Below, one piece after another: positions 59,549-64,000 of a DNA stretch of 64,000 nucleotides. Numbering within the stretch: the stretch's first letter is position 1; the number at the start of each line of letters is the position of its first letter. This DNA comes from Savitreella phatthalungensis. Lineage: Eukaryota. The notes beneath the pieces were generated by a model, which worked only from the letters and a program-made list of their open reading frames with translations, searched no databases and was not told the origin of the DNA. The stretch is from positions 372,001-436,000 of the forward strand of contig AP039695.1 of assembly GCA_051599415.1 (NCBI GenBank). The letters are read 5' to 3'. Made by a program: the position numbers and the translations under genes.

Positions 59549-60595
59549 TCAATAACAGGTCTCGATGATGCAGTACATTGGAGAGTGATCAGATTCACCT
59601 CGATCGACCTTCTCCATCGTGTCACCTCCCAGGAGCTCATAGCCGGCAAATGTCCCAGATGACGACTTTGAACCTAGAATCATGTCCACACGCGCTTGAT
59701 CCAGCATCGGCTCCCCATACCCATGCCATGTAAACTTCTTTTCCGTCGGATAGAGCTCTCTAATGAAGTCTCGCGTCGAGTCATCATCAAACAGCTCATT
59801 GAACTCCTGACGATTCAGGTCATGTGGCCGTGACACTCTGAGACCCGGGTAAGAGTCGAGCTGCGTACGAGCAATATTTAAATCTCCTGCCAGGATCCAT
59901 GCCTTGCCAAATCCATCGAGGTGCTGTCTGAGCTGACGCTGAAACTCCCGCTTACGCTCTGATCGCCGCATCTTCTGCTCGCCAGACCACGGATCCCTGT
60001 ACAGATTCTCACTCGAATTCAAAGCATAGCAGTTCACAAGCCACACATTTGGCAACTCGAGCATGTGAACACGGCCCTCCCCATCCCAAGTCACAGTCTC
60101 CCCGGTCGACGTGACAGGCAAAGACTCTCGCCAGAGTGAGAGCACGCCAGCGAGCCGGCGACCAGACATCGGTAAGCACACTTCGGCGCAATATCCAGGA
60201 GCGTCACGAAACAAACGCTTCTGAACCTTCTGCCAATCCTCCTTGTTCATGTGAGTCTCTTGTAGGAAGAGGATGTCTGGCTGATGCGTGTCGATGAAGT
60301 TTCTGAGGAAGGAAGGTTCCTCTGGAGGTGATTCCCGACCACGATGCCGATCGAAGAAAGCGTCGAGCGGCTTTCTCGGCTTCGCAACGTACTTCATTAG
60401 ACCATCACAGTTCCAGGAAATAATCTTTAGCCGCATCCATCCTTCAGGCACGTCACCTGAGTGTGTTACAACGTCCGTCACAGGATCATCAGCAGCTTTT
60501 GCAGCTGCCTCTGCCTTCGTCTTTGGACTAGTCTCAAGCTTGACGTGCTTGAGCGACGATGGCGGAGTGATCGATCGATCCCTCTTCCGACCCAT
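59549..60595 (-). CDS. Exonuclease III/AP-endonuclease-like EEP-fold nuclease
   Basis: IISWNCDGL, DILFLQETH, DGEGR, NCYALN, AGDLNIA, RVDMIL and SDHSP catalytic motifs; basic N-terminus. Confidence 0.85.
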   Translation of the reverse strand: MGRKRDRSITPPSSLKHVKLETSPKTKAEAAAKAADDPVTDVVTHSGDVPEGWMRLKIISWNCDGLMKYVAKPRKPLDAFFDRHRGRESPPEEPSFLRNFIDTHQPDILFLQETHMNKEDWQKVQKRLFRDAPGYCAEVCLPMSGRRLAGVLSLWRESLPVTSTGETVTWDGEGRVHMLELPNVWLVNCYALNSSENLYRDPWSGEQKMRRSERKREFQRQLRQHLDGFGKAWILAGDLNIARTQLDSYPGLRVSRPHDLNRQEFNELFDDDSTRDFIRELYPTEKKFTWHGYGEPMLDQARVDMILGSKSSSGTFAGYELLGGDTMEKVDRGESDHSPMYCIIETCY

Positions 60596-61445
60596 GAGTC
60601 AGTTCTCCGGACTCGAGCTATAGCACGCTGCACGTAGCGATTCGTAAATCGTCTGACAGGGGCTGCTCAAGTTCACATTAAACCGTGCAGGAGAGTTCAG
60701 CCCAAGCTTTCCATCGGTCAAATCTGCATATGCATCAAGTATATCATCTTTGAAGCTCCTACATTCTCGCACTGAACGATTCTGCCTCTGAAACAAGGCG
60801 CCGAAGGATTGTCTCGCACGAAGGAGTCCAAGGAGTATGTAAGAGACTTGTGAGATCCTTGGCGTGACATCATGCACACCATCCATGCATATTATCCATG
60901 CATACTACGGGTGATACACTGGATCTGCTGCCCGTGCCGCTAAAATGCCCATCGAATGCAGATGCCTCATGCATTGTCTGGGTAGGGTACTTGATCGTGC
61001 ATCTTCTGTAAATCTGATGTAATTTAAATATCATTTTAAATTGTAATTCAGATTTTACTTTTCAATCGACCGCGAGTCATTGCAAATTGAAATTTCTCAT
61101 CAATGCAGCGAGCAATGCAGCACAACCACTGGAAGCATCCGTACAGGAAGACACATGTGTTCAGATGTACTGTACGTGTGACAGTACATCCTCATACGCC
61201 TAGTCATACAGCTAGCTAATGAGCTTCAGCTCTCTTTGAGTAAAGCATTGCACTCAAAGCTAGAAGACGGTACAAAGACTAGAGGTGTCCATTAGCTTGA
61301 GTCACCACTCAGTCTCCATTGTCTACGGAGCCATATCCCTACGCTCCCCTTTTTCCCACTCAGCCACTCTTGGTGCCAATCACCAGGACTCCGCTTCTGC
61401 TGATAGACTCAGGGACATACAATCACCGGGCCTCGCTAATATATC

Positions 61446-64000
61446 ATGTCCATTTCCCTCAAGCGGCGTCTAGACGACCTCAGCCAGTCAAATACAGATG
61501 CAGACCAGTCTCCAGAAACGTACGCAGCGTCCCTCAGTGAGCTGTTCGACATCACGGTCAAGGACCAGCTGTACAACTTAAGAGCACTGAGAGCACAAGC
61601 CTACGGAACGGCTAATGCAATAGCTCGCCACGATGCTCTTACGACACGCAGGGTGCTAACAGATCGCCTGGTCAAGCAGAACGCTGGCTCAACTCGCACT
61701 CTTGCTCCTGCATCAGCTCTTGCTTCTTTGCAGTGGCTGGAGATTCTTCTAACGCGTACCGATATTCAAGATAACGCCGACGCTGCTGCTGCTACTGGTG
61801 TCGCTCAGGCAATCCGCAGCTTTGCCATCATCCTAGACCGTTGCATCGTCTCTACGAAACGGAAACACTTCCGCCATGCTGCAGTCAAAACAGCATCTAG
61901 CATACTCAGACGTCTCTTGTTCAGCTCGAACGCAGCCAAATGGATTGATATCATAGTCCGTGAGCTCGGCAAGGACAACACAGATGCACGCAGTATCGCA
62001 TTGCTCGCCGTCGTCGCAGATATCACTCGACCCCGTCAGGCTTCATCAGAGACGCGAGCAACTGTGATCAGTAGCATAATTGATTGTCTCGTCCACAGCA
62101 CCATCCTCAGCAAAGAATCAGCCCACATCGGCCGCTTGGAAATACTCGACCTGTTCCTCAGAACCGACGTAACAACGGACAGTCTCGAGCAGATCATTAT
62201 CCCTGCAGTTTGTAAAGGCTTACTGAGGCATCCTGAGGCAACGGCAGCCCCGACTGCCGAATACATCATCGCTCACGTGCGTCCGGGCGATGCAGCCGCC
62301 GATGCCGTCCTGCTTGCAAAGCTTGGAAACCCTCTCGGGAACTTGTTTAAGAGCTCTGATCCGGCGACAAGGCAGAATGGAGCGCTTGCGTTCGCGCAGC
62401 TGTGGGTTCGTGCAGGCGAGACCGCAAGTGTAGATCTCGCCACCTGCCTTACGGACATATACATGAAAGAGCGGCCGGCAGTCGAGCAGCGCCTGGATCT
62501 GCTTCAAGCTATGACCCGCATTCGTCATGCCGCTCCAGCCAAAGCATCGACCCTTGTCAACTTCGCTCTCACCCAGCTATCGAAAGAAGGAAACGAAGCT
62601 GTGACCACTGCCCTCGTCCGCACACTTTTTGCCTTCCTCGCCTTGACTCTGCACGAGCCGATACCCAAAAGCGTCGTCGATCAAGTCCAGCGCGGTCTCA
62701 AGGACAAGCGACCTGCTGTTCAGAACGTCTGGGCATCGAATCTGCTCAAGCTAATCGGGTCCGGAGAAGCGCACAAGGATACACTCACCGCCGTGACCGT
62801 TGTCGTGCGGGGCGAATGGTCACCGAAGAGGACATCTCAGCAAATGTTGACCAGCGGCACAGCGCTTGCATGGCTTTCGATGCTTCGCATCCTCCTGCTT
62901 GACGGTCGACGGACAGGAAAGAACCCCATCGAAGAAGCCGTCCTTGAAGATCCATCTTTCGCCCTCTTTAGCCTCCACCTAACCTCACGACTTGTAGATC
63001 ACGAGCAAACGCATGCGGCTCTCGCCTTGCAGCAGATTTACCCTTACATCAACAAGAGAGAGGCTACTGCACACGCATGGGCGACCGCCTTACTCGACCT
63101 GCTCTCCCGTCTGTCCGCCCGCCGGACGACCGAGCTCTTCATCATAGCAGAGCCTGTCGCAACTGCAATGCCACTGCTCGTGAGCGCATTGACCCGTGCG
63201 CTTGCGGACGATGTAAATAAAGTAGCAGAGCGCCGCAGTCGGCTCGTCAATGCTTTCTGCGATCTCATCCGCAATTCGGCACTACCAGACGATGGAAGTC
63301 TCAAATCCAGAATTCTCCTGGACACACTCGTCCCGTTGCATGATGAAGAAGCTGGTCGGACTCAAGCCTGGATCGAGCTGTGTCAAGTACTCGGATTCGA
63401 GCCGGCTGCCTTTGTCCGTAACCATGCTGACGAAGCACTCGCGCTCGTCAACGGCACCTTTGTCGTGCCAGGCAGAGGGGCACTCCCACCTCAGGCCGCC
63501 GCGGCTCGAAATGCCCTCCAGACGCTAATCCTAGCTGACCAGGACTCCCTGATACAACGACTATCTGCCGAGCTTGCGAAGATGAGCGCTCTCGATCTTA
63601 GCATCATCACACCAGACAGTATCGCTTTGTGGGTGCGTGGGACATCATCTCAGCCTCCGGCACCTGAGGCTGTCGTGCCGAAGTCCACAACCAAGACTCC
63701 AGCAAAGCAGCCAGCGAAGAAGAACGTAACAAAGCCTGTGTCGAACGACCGGGACGTCAAGCGTGAGCAGGAGGACGCCGAATCAGTAAGCAAGGTTGAA
63801 CAGACCGCTTCTACTGTCCGCAAGGCTCTGCTCATAATCGACTGCCTGAACCAGCCATACGTTACAAATAGCAGCTGGGCTGTCATGGCGCTGCAGACGG
63901 CTTCTGATGGGCTCCTACAATTGAAGCTCTTAGCTCAACAGGAGCTGCAAAGCACACTGTTCGGTCTTGCAAAGCGCTCTTCTTGGTCTCAGGCAACACT
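61446..64000 (+). CDS. GCN1: Large helical/HEAT-repeat protein, probably eIF2-alpha kinase activator Gcn1 (5' part, runs off window)
   Basis: Frame opens at ATG 61446 (MSISLKRRLDDLSQ...LAPASALASLQWLEIL...ILDRC...) and reads open wherever translated; it is absent from the ORF track, as expected if it has no stop in the window. Leu/Ala-rich helical composition with a Lys-rich linker near aa 750 as in fungal Gcn1. Confidence 0.7.
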   Translation, partial: MSISLKRRLDDLSQSNTDADQSPETYAASLSELFDITVKDQLYNLRALRAQAYGTANAIARHDALTTRRVLTDRLVKQNAGSTRTLAPASALASLQWLEILLTRTDIQDNADAAAATGVAQAIRSFAIILDRCIVSTKRKHFRHAAVKTASSILRRLLFSSNAAKWIDIIVRELGKDNTDARSIALLAVVADITRPRQASSETRATVISSIIDCLVHSTILSKESAHIGRLEILDLFLRTDVTTDSLEQIIIPAVCKGLLRHPEATAAPTAEYIIAHVRPGDAAADAVLLAKLGNPLGNLFKSSDPATRQNGALAFAQLWVRAGETASVDLATCLTDIYMKERPAVEQRLDLLQAMTRIRHAAPAKASTLVNFALTQLSKEGNEAVTTALVRTLFAFLALTLHEPIPKSVVDQVQRGLKDKRPAVQNVWASNLLKLIGSGEAHKDTLTAVTVVVRGEWSPKRTSQQMLTSGTALAWLSMLRILLLDGRRTGKNPIEEAVLEDPSFALFSLHLTSRLVDHEQTHAALALQQIYPYINKREATAHAWATALLDLLSRLSARRTTELFIIAEPVATAMPLLVSALTRALADDVNKVAERRSRLVNAFCDLIRNSALPDDGSLKSRILLDTLVPLHDEEAGRTQAWIELCQVLGFEPAAFVRNHADEALALVNGTFVVPGRGALPPQAAAARNALQTLILADQDSLIQRLSAELAKMSALDLSIITPDSIALWVRGTSSQPPAPEAVVPKSTTKTPAKQPAKKNVTKPVSNDRDVKREQEDAESVSKVEQTASTVRKALLIIDCLNQPYVTNSSWAVMALQTASDGLLQLKLLAQQELQSTLFGLAKRSSWSQAT

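Overview
Compact, intron-poor ascomycete chromosomal DNA; protein style and GTAAGT/GTGAGT...CTRAC...YAG introns suggest a Taphrinomycotina-like fungus (inference). It holds about 23 mostly housekeeping genes: YIP1 (3' part), FMP40/SelO, SHM1, RPC2, a PEX39-like KPWx protein, a SANT protein, a C2H2 factor, a TPT-family transporter, SF3B2, PHO88, SRP14, YHM2, a sugar porter, a carnitine acetyltransferase, an RRM-R3H protein, GLT1, a KDM4 demethylase, RVB2, SPT16, a StuA-like APSES factor, HSP60, an ExoIII-like nuclease and the 5' part of GCN1. The one accessory region is a gene-free island (4680-8914) with eight copies or fragments of one 421-448 bp TG...CA LTR family in two subfamilies, plus a Ty3/gypsy-type gag relic. 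Within it, one LTR is nested in another with a 5-bp target duplication, neighbouring termini cluster at LTR 5' ends, a hairpin is kept across six copies, and divergence is dominated by CpG transitions. Other points are a 30-nt stop-containing intron in SelO and three perfect Gcn4/CpcA sites upstream of GLT1. All calls were made by eye; no searches were run.
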